From: an uncultured delta proteobacterium
GTDB taxonomy: Bacteria; Myxococcota_A; Polyangia; Polyangiales; B10-G4
Length of the DNA: 64,000 nucleotides
Reading direction: 5' to 3'
Assembly: GCA_963727445.1 (NCBI GenBank)
Contig: CAVSGI010000012.1
Coordinates: forward strand, 1 to 64,000
Notes under the pieces: generated by a model
Databases searched by the model: none
What the model was told of the DNA's origin: nothing
The model's input: only the letters and a program-made list of their open reading frames with translations
Position numbers and translations under genes: made by a program
Shown here: piece by piece, positions 22,553-31,127 of the stretch
Layout: every line of letters starts with the position of its first letter
Numbering within the stretch: position 1 is the first letter of the stretch

Positions 22553-23067
22553 ACGCGGACGTCGAACGCCGTCGCCCCCTCTTCGTGGATCACGGCCTGG
22601 TTGCCGATCGTGAGGACGCGCGCGCCCGCGGCCCCCGTCGTCTCCACGCCTTGCGCCTCCGACGACGCGAGCGTCACGATCCGGTCGAAGAGGCCATCGA
22701 GCGCTCCCTCGAACGAGGCGGAGAAGCGCGCTGGCCCGTGGCCGATGACCAGCGTCTCGGTCTTCGAAAGAACCTCGCGGCTGATGTCGCCCTGGCTCCC
22801 GTACGTGGGAAACGGAAACTGAGCCATCGCCGCGTCCTCGAAGGGCGTTCCCCGGAGCACGGAAGGATGCACGACGAAGACCACCTCCACGTCCGAGGGG
22901 AGCCTCGAGACTGCGGGATCGTCGAGGCTCAGCCCCCGCGCAACCACCGGTCGCTCTTCGACGTGCGCCGTCTCGACCGGCGCCTCCACCGGCTGCGGCC
23001 TCGTCTCGGGAGCGCCGCCACAGCCGATGAGGAGGGACACCGCGACGACGACTGGACGGGTTCTCAT
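22553..23067 (-). pseudogene. Lipoprotein whose 3' end runs into repeat copy 3
   Basis: MRTRPVVVAVSLLIGC…AFDVRV, then repeat sequence. Confidence 0.7.
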
Positions 23068-23105
23068 CCGCGCGAGTCTAACTGAGGTTCGATCGCCGCG
23101 ACGCG

Positions 23106-23849
23106 TCACTCCAAGTCGATCACGACCCGGCGCAGAGCGTAGGCCTTCGCGGTGGGGACGAGGAACCGGCGGGCGGCTTTGCGGAACCAGCGGTGGAGGG
23201 CGTTGCTGTTGTACATCGTGCCCGGGCCGCGACCGCCCGACTGCGAGGTCGCGAGCTCGCGGCTGGTGACGATCAGGTCGTCGCCGGCCCACTTCGCGGT
23301 GGTGCGCCGGCACGCGCGCGACGCAGCGTGCGCGAGCATGGCGCGGGTCTCGTCGTCGAGCTCGACGGCCGGCGAGATGATCAGCCTGACCCGGCCCGTG
23401 AACTGGCGGTCGGCGGCGAGCGCGTGCAGGTAGGCGTCGCGGTCGAACGGGAACGGCAGGGCTGCGAGCCAGCGCCGCTGGCGCGTGGCGAGCAGCTTGG
23501 GGAGCAGGCGGAGCAGGACGTAGATGCTGCCGACGCAGACGGCCCCCGCCGTCGCGAACATGGAGAGCACGGTCAGGACGTTGATCGTGTCGACGATCCG
23601 AATCCAGACCAGGATGGTGCCGATCATCGAGGCGAAGCACAGGGCGATGCCGCCGACGCTGACCACCATGCCGGGCATCGTCAGGGCCAGGTCGATCGCG
23701 GCCTCGTCGTCATCGGAGTCGGACGACCGCCGCTTCGCCTTGGGCGGCTTCCAACCGCGGGCCAGCTTCTTCAGGTCGGCGCGGGCGGCGGCCCGCTCGG
23801 CGTTGTCGTCGGCGTCGTCGCTGTCACTGCCGGCGTGCCCCGCGCTCAT
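23106..23849 (-). CDS. Membrane protein with two TM helices
   Basis: 247 aa, strong GC3 bias, two hydrophobic segments. Confidence 0.8.
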   Translation of the reverse strand: MSAGHAGSDSDDADDNAERAAARADLKKLARGWKPPKAKRRSSDSDDDEAAIDLALTMPGMVVSVGGIALCFASMIGTILVWIRIVDTINVLTVLSMFATAGAVCVGSIYVLLRLLPKLLATRQRRWLAALPFPFDRDAYLHALAADRQFTGRVRLIISPAVELDDETRAMLAHAASRACRRTTAKWAGDDLIVTSRELATSQSGGRGPGTMYNSNALHRWFRKAARRFLVPTAKAYALRRVVIDLE

Positions 23850-24124
23850 CGCGCCATCGTATCAGCTCCCTCAGCACGTCGGGGAGGCACCCGCACTTCG
23901 CGGAGCGAATGACGAAATGACGAAGAGCGTCCCCAACACCCCCCAACATCGTCTCTTCAGGTCGGCGCGGGCGGCGGCCCGCTCGGCGTTGTCGTCGGCG
24001 TCGTCGCTGTCACTGCCGGCGTGCCCCGCGCTCATCGCGCCATCGTATCAGCTCCCTCAGCACGTCGGGGAGGCACCCGCACTTCGCGGAGCGAATGACG
24101 AAATGACGAAGAGCGTCCCCAACA
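23768..24124. repeat. 171-bp tandem duplication (period 186 bp)
   Basis: 23768..23938 is identical to 23954..24124. Confidence 0.95.
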
Positions 24125-24129
24125 TCGTC

Positions 24130-24363
24130 GCAGGCTGGACCACCGACGGCGCGATGTTCGACTCGTCGGTCGCGCGCGGTGAGCCGGCCGTCTTCCCCCT
24201 CAACGCGGTGATCGCGGGGTGGACGGAGGGCGTGCAGCTCATGGTGGTCGGAGAGACGCGCCGCCTGTGGATCCCCGAAGACCTCGCCTACGGCGGCGCC
24301 GCCGGCGCCCCCGCCGGCATGCTCGTCTTCGACGTCCAGCTGCTTCAGATCGTCGGTCGCTAG
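24130..24363 (+). pseudogene. C-terminal fragment of an FKBP-type peptidyl-prolyl isomerase
   Basis: GWTTDGAMFDSS…VIAGWTEGVQLMVVGETRRLWIPEDLAYG…LVFDVQLL. Confidence 0.85.
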
Positions 24364-24411
24364 GGAGCTTGCCAATCTCAGCGCGCGTACAATCAGGGCC
24401 CCAACAGCGGG

Positions 24412-24520
24412 GGGGACAAACTCGGGGACGGGGGGAAGCCAGGGGGACGCTGCCGAACTTTCCGAACTTTTCGAAGCCAACAAGTTCGGAAAGTTCGGCA
24501 GCGTCCCCGTTGTGTCCCCC
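24412..24520. repeat. REPIN-like palindrome
   Basis: Perfect 27-bp arms 24443..24469 / 24482..24508 (GGGGACGCTGCCGAACTTTCCGAACTT), with an outer GGGGACA/TGTCCCC pair. Confidence 0.85.
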
Positions 24521-24532
24521 GAAAGTTCGGCT

Positions 24533-24646
24533 CCGGTTTCCAGCCTCTACGGAAGCCAACCCCTTCACCGGACGCCCGAGTTTCGCAGTAGGAGCGATTA
24601 CGTCGACCGCCGCCCCTGACTCCACTGCGGGAGGCCGTTCATCCTC
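24533..24646 (+). repeat. 123-bp repeat family, variant B (copy 4); right end approximate
   Basis: Conserved left half, then AGGAGCGATTACGTCGAC…GAGGCCGTTCATCCTC as in copy 2. Confidence 0.9.
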
Positions 24647-25121
24647 GTTCACCCTTCCTATCAGCTAGCCAACCCGGACTGCAATGGAACGCACGGCGTC
24701 TGGGTGAACACGGGACAGGCGCCCTCGGGTTGTTCGACCAACCTGGACGGCACGGCCATCCGCGACACCGAGCTGCAACCGGTGCATCTTCCATCCCGAA
24801 GTGTGGTGGACTCCGGCTCACCCACCCTCCACCAACGCACCCTCGAAACCCGAACACTCGCCGCAGTCCTCGATCTCCGCGACCGCGACCGGCGATCACG
24901 AGTCCGATATCCCCATAGCCCCCGCCGACGCTGGACTGCCGCGAACCGGCTCGACTCAAACACGTTTCGACTGACCGCGGGCGAAACAGCCGCTCGTCGA
25001 GCAGCAGTGCCTTCACGCCCGCGCTCCGCCGAAACCTCCCCAATCTGTCGACTGGCGTCCTGGCCCGAAAGGAGCGAAGGCCGCTCATCGTGACTATCCC
25101 CCGATGGGCCTCACCTGCGCG

Positions 25122-25736
25122 TCACTGGGGTACGCCGAGCTGCTCGGCGAGATCGAGGAGCTTCTGGACCTGATCGCTCAGTGCTTGGGGATTCTTGGGA
25201 AACGTCGTGCTGCCTCGCACGAGATTCCCCATCTCGAGCCGACCACCGTCTTGCATGAACGCGAGGAACGCGGAGAGGACCTCGGGACGTTTGAGACGCT
25301 TCTTCATGCCTTTGTGTACGTCCGAAACGACATACCGCCCGTCGATCTCGGCGATGCCCGTCCCCTTGCGCCCCTTGGATCCGTAGTCGCGGTGTTGGGG
25401 CGCGAGGGGATTGGCCGGCGCGATCGTCATCGAGCCCGGACGACCGCGCGGCGCGACCCGGATCTCGTAGTAGCGATAGATGCTATTGCCCTGCCCCGGG
25501 CGCTGCAGCGTGGTCCAATGAATCCTGACGTCGTGGCCGTCCGAGGTGTAGCCATTGACCTCGCTCGCTTGAGGGGTCCGACTGATGTCCGCCGACAATC
25601 CGAAGTGTCGGGCGACGGCGTCCAAGTTCGCGTTCCATCGTTGGCCCGTGCGCCATGAGCTATAGAGGCCCGCGATGACCAGAGCCACGGCGAGCGCAAT
25701 CCCGATCCCCACGTACATGGTGGTGGCGAAATCCAT
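25122..25736 (-). CDS. Hypothetical protein with N-terminal TM helix
   Basis: 204-aa ORF with hydrophobic N-terminus. Confidence 0.7.
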   Translation of the reverse strand: MDFATTMYVGIGIALAVALVIAGLYSSWRTGQRWNANLDAVARHFGLSADISRTPQASEVNGYTSDGHDVRIHWTTLQRPGQGNSIYRYYEIRVAPRGRPGSMTIAPANPLAPQHRDYGSKGRKGTGIAEIDGRYVVSDVHKGMKKRLKRPEVLSAFLAFMQDGGRLEMGNLVRGSTTFPKNPQALSDQVQKLLDLAEQLGVPQ

Positions 25737-25881
25737 GGAAGACCCCGGGCACTATATCAGCCGCTGAGCGGCCTGGGCCGACATGAAGCGCCTGACACTT
25801 CGAGGTCGGCTACAATCGAGGCCTCGATGCGCGACGGCGCCGAAAGCACGGTCACCACGTCCTCTCTTACCCACGTCGGCT

Positions 25882-26004
25882 CCGGTTTCCAGCCTCCACG
25901 GAAGCCAACCCCTTCACCGGACGCCCGAGTTTCGCAGTAGGTATGATGTATCGACTCCCTGCCCGGCCGGAGGGGAGCGGAGGCCGTTCATGGTTACTAC
26001 CCGC
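25882..26004 (+). repeat. 123-bp repeat family, variant A (copy 5)
   Basis: Full copy. Confidence 0.95.
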
Positions 26005-26095
26005 AACGAGATGATCACGCTTTCACGACACGTGAACGGTTACGCACGGCTCGTGTCGACGGCCTGCTCAAGATCTTCACCTTGTACTGCGTGCC

Positions 26096-26392
26096 TCACT
26101 CACGAGGCACCGCCCCATACGGCTCGTAACAACAATTCGGGTGAACACAATACGGATGGTTGTCGAAGGCCGGGCCGCAGATGATGTCCGTATTGGGACA
26201 GCACACGAAGCCGTCCTCGCACGCGACTATCCCGCCACACAGGCATGGTAAGTCTGCGCCTGCATCCTGACATACGCCGGCATCGACGCTGCCGTCCAAA
26301 GGAGGGTCGTGGTGCTCGCCGCACGCGGCGAGGAGCGACACCACGGCGATCACAGCCGCACCAAGTACGGTCAAGGTGTGGGACTGATCCAT
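26096..26392 (-). CDS. Small Cys-rich lipoprotein
   Basis: MDQSHTLTVLGAAVIAVVSLLAAC plus DAG repeats and a Cys cluster. Confidence 0.7.
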   Translation of the reverse strand: MDQSHTLTVLGAAVIAVVSLLAACGEHHDPPLDGSVDAGVCQDAGADLPCLCGGIVACEDGFVCCPNTDIICGPAFDNHPYCVHPNCCYEPYGAVPRE

Positions 26393-26709
26393 GCTGCATG
26401 CAGTTGAGGTGTGGTTGGGCCTTCCATCCAAGCAAAAAGGTACTGGGGTCCCCCTCCGGGCCCATTGGTCCCAAATGGCGCGCCCTCGATATAGTCTCCG
26501 AAGTAGCCGAACCTTCCTTCGAATGGCGGATTGCCCAACCTCGGCGCTGTCCCAAGCCAGATCGTTGTATTGCGAGGACACGGTGTACACGTTCCATAGC
26601 TTGCCCTCGGGATCGTCCCGCGTATCGTACCATGTGAGCACCAGGTGATCGTCGGGAAGGCCACCAACGCCGGCGCGATTGCGCGCGAGTGCAGGTAGAA
26701 AGGCGTCGC
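26371..26709 (-). pseudogene. C-terminal part of a sialidase/BNR-like beta-propeller protein
   Basis: GDAFLPALA…LVLTWYDTRDDP, then after a frameshift GYFGDY…LFAW. Confidence 0.6.
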
Positions 26710-26832
26710 CCGGTTTCCAGCCTCCACGGAAGCCAACCCCTTCGCCGGACGCCCGAGTTTCGCAGTAGGTATGATGTATCGACTCCCTGCCCGGCCGGAG
26801 GGGAGCGGAGGCCGTTCATGGTTACTACCCGC
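26710..26832 (+). repeat. 123-bp repeat family, variant A (copy 6)
   Basis: Full copy. Confidence 0.95.
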
Positions 26833-27197
26833 AGCGGGTCGAGGGCTTTTCGCCTGCGTGGGACTGGACCCGCGCCTACTCGGAGATCAACGACTTCGAG
26901 GAGACGCTCGTCGAAAACGGCGTCGTCGTGGTGAAGTTCTGGCTGCACATCGACTCCGAGGAGCAGCTGCGCCGTTTCGAAGAACGAAAGCGCGTGGCCT
27001 TCAAGCGCCACAAGATCACCGACGAGGACTGGCGCAACCGCGAGAAGTGGCAGCCCTACGAGCTCGCGGTGCACGACATGGTCGAGCGGACGAGCACGGA
27101 GATCGCGCCGTGGACGATCATCGCCGCGAACGACAAGCGCCACGCGCGCGTGGCGGTCGTCGAAGCGCTCGACGACCAGATGGAAGCGGCCTTTTAG
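26833..27197 (+). pseudogene. ppk2: 3' fragment of a polyphosphate kinase 2 family gene
   Basis: RVEGF…AYSEINDFE…VKFWLHIDSEEQLRRF…KITDEDWRNREKW…APWTIIAANDKRHAR; starts at the repeat edge. Confidence 0.9.
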
Positions 27198-27198
27198 A

Positions 27199-27921
27199 TC
27201 ACTGCGCGAAGATCTCGACGTTCCCCTCGCTGTAATGAAGGCCATCGTCTCGAAACTGGATGATCGCTCGCATCGATCCGCTGGGGTGGCCCGAGGGGTC
27301 GGCGTGCTCGATGTTCAGCATCAGCTCGCTGGCAGGATGTAGCCCCGCTTCGAAGGCGGCCTTCGCGTCGGCGCACGTCGCGCTGCTGTTCATTCCCGTC
27401 GCGTACGGAAGGTCGCAGTCCGACTCCACGATCGCGCGGCGCACGCGCTCCATGGCCGCCACCACGGCAGGGGCATGCGCAGCGGCCGCCTCGCTGATCG
27501 GCGGATAGTAGGCCCCGGGACCAAACGACGTCGTAACCCCTTCGTAGCGCAGCGTCCCGTCCGGAGACACCATCGCCTGAACGCTCACGTGCTTCGTATC
27601 CGATCCCTGCTCGTTCGGACTGAACTGCAACAGCAGCGAGCGCTTCGAAACCGGGATCAACATGATCGGCGTCGAGTTGCTGTTCTCCGACAGCCCCGGA
27701 AGCGGGTGCTCCCCGGCGAATGCAGCGCGAAGCGCGGCGTGCTGCTCTACGATGAAGTCTCGTAGCGCCACGTCTTCGGGAGCCAGCGCAGGCTCGGGAG
27801 GCGCGGGGGGGGCGACGGGCGCGGGAGGCGGCGGGGCGACGGGCGGCGTGGCTACCTGCTCGTCGTCGCCACATCCGGCGGTCGTGATCAGCAGTCCGAG
27901 GACCAAGAGGGGACGGTACAT
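27199..27921 (-). CDS. Lipoprotein with Pro-rich linker
   Basis: MYRPLLVLGLLITTAGC, PPVAPPPP. Confidence 0.75.
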   Translation of the reverse strand: MYRPLLVLGLLITTAGCGDDEQVATPPVAPPPPAPVAPPAPPEPALAPEDVALRDFIVEQHAALRAAFAGEHPLPGLSENSNSTPIMLIPVSKRSLLLQFSPNEQGSDTKHVSVQAMVSPDGTLRYEGVTTSFGPGAYYPPISEAAAAHAPAVVAAMERVRRAIVESDCDLPYATGMNSSATCADAKAAFEAGLHPASELMLNIEHADPSGHPSGSMRAIIQFRDDGLHYSEGNVEIFAQ

Positions 27922-27983
27922 GGAGGCCGACATAGCGGATCTCGATGCCATCCGACAATGGGACCCCAGATGGGGAGGGTGCT

Positions 27984-28446
27984 CTACTGTCCGAGCGCGC
28001 ACTGTGCTGCTTCGCGCACGCGCGGTTCGGGATCGTGGGCGGCCGCGCGCGAGAGCGCGGCACGCGACGCACCACCGCCGAGCGTTCCGAGCGCTCGCGC
28101 CGCCGCCTGGCGCACGAAGGCGTAGTCGTCTCCGACGAGTGCTTCCTCGAGGGCGCCCCGCCCTTCGTCGCCCCCGACCCGTCCGAGTGTTTCGGCAGCG
28201 AGGGTGCGCAGCGCCCAATCGCCGTGGGTGCGGAGGATCGCGGCAACCCGGGGAACCGCCGCGGTGTTGCCAGCGGTCAACGTGGAGAGCGCAGCGCGGA
28301 GCACCAATGACTCGTCGTCGTCGAGCGCCGTCGCGACGACCTGATACGCGTCGGGATCGTCGAAGCGGGCGAGGAGCTGCACGGCCAGAGCGCGGACCTG
28401 CGCCCCGGGATGACGGGCGACGGTCAGGAGCTCGGGGAGGAGGGCT
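27984..28446 (-). pseudogene. 3' fragment of a HEAT-repeat protein
   Basis: VRALAVQLL, LRTLAAETLG, VRQAAARALG and VREAA repeats; the frame is open up to the repeat edge with no start. Confidence 0.85.
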
Positions 28447-28569
28447 CCGGTTTCCAGCCTCCACGGAAGCCAACCCCTTCACCGGACGCCCGAGTTTCGC
28501 AGTAGGTATGATGTATCGACTCCCTGCCCGGCCGGAGGGGAGCGGAGGCCGTTCATGGTTGCTACCCGC
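28447..28569 (+). repeat. 123-bp repeat family, variant A (copy 7)
   Basis: Full copy. Confidence 0.95.
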
Positions 28570-29000
28570 CTGGGGTATTGCCAGTCGAGCTTGTGGGGTC
28601 GAACGCCATGGCCTGCATGTCCTGATCCCCGGCCGAGCATCCCTTGTCATCGTTCACTTGGACGCTCCTCACGAAGGTTCGGCCGCCATCAAACGACAGG
28701 GCAGCGACGATCATGTCGGGGTGCTCGGTGACAGGCCGATTGATCGAGTGGGCGAGGTTCGTTGCCACCACAATGCCGGGCTGGGAAGGATCTGCATCGA
28801 TGTCCGGATCTCCGCGCCACGTCTGTTGAACGAGGCTACCTGCTACACTTCGCACCCGGATGTCGCGAATCCCACCATTGCACACCGCTCCCGATTGCGA
28901 TGTGGTGGTTGCCAACGAAAACGGCTCTGAAGTCAGCCGGGCTGTGAAGCTCAGAGTCGGTGCGGTAGGTTGCGGATGCCGAGGCTCGCCGAAGGGTAGG
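28570..29000 (-). pseudogene. Upstream part of the BNR-like protein
   Basis: GDPDIDADP…Asp-box SFDGGRTF…VND…GDQD. Confidence 0.65.
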
Positions 29001-29002
29001 CG

Positions 29003-29311
29003 ATGGGCTACCAGTACAAGCTCGACGTGACACCAGGAGTCCTGGACCTGGGCGCCATCTGCGATTCGGTGGTGGCGTCGACAGCCTGGATCCGTATCCC
29101 AACGTCGTTCTCCGATGGCGTCGGCATCGGGGTCGGCGACTCGACAATCGATCCGAATTCGTCGTGGCCGCACATTGCAGACCTGCGCTTGGAAGCCCCG
29201 ACCTCTATCCACGTCCTCTGCCACACTCAGACAGGGGGCCTCTTCATGCACGCTCTTGTCCAAGCGCTTCGGGACAAAGGGCACGTCGTCGTCATCGACG
29301 ACGACGTGTAG
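29003..29311 (+). CDS. Small hypothetical protein
   Basis: 102-aa ORF with plausible RBS and composition. Confidence 0.5.
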   Translation: MGYQYKLDVTPGVLDLGAICDSVVASTAWIRIPTSFSDGVGIGVGDSTIDPNSSWPHIADLRLEAPTSIHVLCHTQTGGLFMHALVQALRDKGHVVVIDDDV

Positions 29312-29981
29312 TGGCGTGTTGTACCGCCTCGTGCTGCGCCAGCCCGAGGTGGTGGCCACGCTGGGCTACGTCAAGTGCGGGCGCCGCAGGCCGGAGGTGC
29401 TGACGCGCACCGAGGTGGCCGCGCTGCTGGCCGCCTTCACGTCGGTCGTGCACGAGACGCTCGCGATGCTCTGCTACGGAGCGGGCCTTCGCGTCAGCGA
29501 GGCGGTCAAGCTGCGCATCGCCGACGTGCACAGCCATCGCGGGGTGCTCTTCATCGCCTTCGGCAAAGGCGGCAAGCAGCGGGAGGTCCCTCTGAGTGAG
29601 AGGCTGCTCGGCCAGCTTCGTCACTACTACCGGCAGCGCCGGCCGCATGGCCCGTACTTGTTTCCCGGTCGCTCGGGACGGCCCCATCTGACCCGCAGCG
29701 CCCACTGGATCGCCGTGCGCAAGGCGCGGGCGCGCGCCGGGTTGTCCAAGCGCGTCAGCCCGCACTGTCTGCGTCACAGCTACGCGACGCATCTGCTCGA
29801 GGATGGCGTCGACATCCGAACGGTGCAGGCACTGCTCGGTCACGCCACGATCGAGACGACGGCCTGGTACCTCAGCGTCAGCCGCGAGCGGATGCGGCGC
29901 GTGCCCAGTCCGCCGCGGACACAATACGGGGTGCGTGGAGGGCTCCGGGTCCGACTAAACAACGGGCTCGGGGCACCATAG
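29312..29981 (+). pseudogene. Tyrosine recombinase (XerC/D-like) catalytic domain, N-terminal domain missing
   Basis: YGAGLRVSE, GKGGKQR, HCLRHSYATHLLE, LLGH…TTAWY: full R-K-H-R-H-Y set; no IntI-type insertion. Confidence 0.85.
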
Positions 29982-30185
29982 CGGATACGACCTCTACGCC
30001 GACCTCACCAGGGTACCCGTTTCCGAAATCCGGGGTCGCCCGGAGGGCGGTGGACGACTAAACATAACCAGAGGTTCATGTTACCTCGCCGCCCGGCCGG
30101 AGCTCCGTGCGAGACAGCCGGCCGGTCATGCCGCTTGCATCACGCGGAGCGTGAAGTGCGTGGGCAAGCGGCCCGCCCAGCCGGC

Positions 30186-30647
30186 TCAATCAGCCGAACG
30201 AAGCGCGATCCGCTCCCAGCGAGCGCGGATTCCCTCGCAGTCGCTGTAGTCAGCCTCTCGGTACAACCAGATCAGTGTGTCCACAAAGGCGCGCGGGTTC
30301 TTCACGACTCGAAGTCCCTCGATGCGGCACACGACGCGACCTCGATCTGCTTTCGCGGAGCTTCTGAGGTAGACGTTGACGTGCTGCGACTCACGGACCT
30401 CCACGACTACATAGGGCGAAGATGGCTTGCTGAAGCTCAGGCTGAGGAAGTCCCCATCGGCTTCGTCCTCCTCCTTCGTCGCCGACAAGTCGCCGATGAA
30501 TCGGATCTTCTTTCGCTTAGTCGAGAGGAGCGACCATACGTCCTCCACGAACGCGTCCGAGAATCTGATATCCAAGTCCGTCTCAAGGCATTCACTGGTT
30601 AGCGTCTCATGCCACCCGTGTGGGGATTGTGAGCGGGTAGTAACCAT
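30186..30647 (-). CDS. Hypothetical protein; in-frame ATG lies in the tail of repeat copy 8
   Basis: MVTTR-SQSPHGW…DIRFSDAFVEDVW…; an internal TTG start is also possible. Confidence 0.55.
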   Translation of the reverse strand: MVTTRSQSPHGWHETLTSECLETDLDIRFSDAFVEDVWSLLSTKRKKIRFIGDLSATKEEDEADGDFLSLSFSKPSSPYVVVEVRESQHVNVYLRSSAKADRGRVVCRIEGLRVVKNPRAFVDTLIWLYREADYSDCEGIRARWERIALRSAD

Positions 30648-30765
30648 GAACGGCCTCCGCTCCCCTCCGGCCGGGCAGGGAGTCGATACATCATACCTAA
30701 TCATACCTACTGCGAAACTCGGGCGTCCGGTGAAGGGGTTGGCGTCCGTAGAGGCTGGAAACCGG
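30633..30765 (-). repeat. 123-bp repeat family, variant A (copy 8) with internal 10-bp duplication
   Basis: ATCATACCTA occurs twice in tandem. Confidence 0.95.
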
Positions 30766-30781
30766 AGAGCGAACTGCCCTT

Positions 30782-31075
30782 CTAAGGGTCGATTGACATG
30801 CCGCAGATACCCACTCTGTCCGAGCAAGCGAGGGAGCAACAGTCTTCATTGACGGTGCATGGCTCGTCCATGCCCCGACACGCCGTGTCGGCAGTGGTGC
30901 TGTCGGCAAAGACGTCGTCCGCGCCTCCGTCGAGATTGGCATCCTCCGAGCCGCTGTCGGTGTCGGCTGTCGCATCGATGCCCCCATCGACGGGCGTCCG
31001 ACTGCTAGAACAGCTCCACAACAACAGGGCGAGCACGACAATCCATGTGTATGCGCTACAGCGGGTGGTAACCAT
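30782..31075 (-). CDS. Small Cys-rich lipoprotein; start codon supplied by repeat copy 9
   Basis: MVTTR-CSAYTWIVVLALLLWSC…CTVNEDCCSLAC. Confidence 0.65.
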   Translation of the reverse strand: MVTTRCSAYTWIVVLALLLWSCSSSRTPVDGGIDATADTDSGSEDANLDGGADDVFADSTTADTACRGMDEPCTVNEDCCSLACSDRVGICGMSIDP

Positions 31076-31127
31076 GAACGGCCTCCGCTCCCCTCCGGCC
31101 GGGCAGGGAGTCGATACATCATACCTA
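31061..31127 (-). repeat. 123-bp repeat family, right half (copy 9), abutting an IS4 end
   Basis: TAGGTATGAT…ACCCGC on the minus strand. Confidence 0.95.

Noticed and set aside
22400..22560. Copy 3 as a simple insertion in one gene (…DVRVELLGEF*)
   Set aside because: That rejoin needs boundaries 2 nt different from those that fit copies 6/7; with consensus ends the frame is not convincing.
25783..26184. ORFs containing SSLHGSQPLHRTPEF / LRFPASTEANPFTGRPSF as a repeated protein domain
   Set aside because: They are translations of the non-coding repeat in varying frames.
22430..31127. Canonical CRISPR array
   Set aside because: Repeats are 123 bp, spacers are 0.3-2 kb and irregular, and there are no cas genes in the window.
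22430..31127. Classical integron with attC sites
   Set aside because: No RYYYAAC/GTTRRRY end pairing, cargo is cut mid-gene and in mixed orientation, and the recombinase lacks the IntI insertion.
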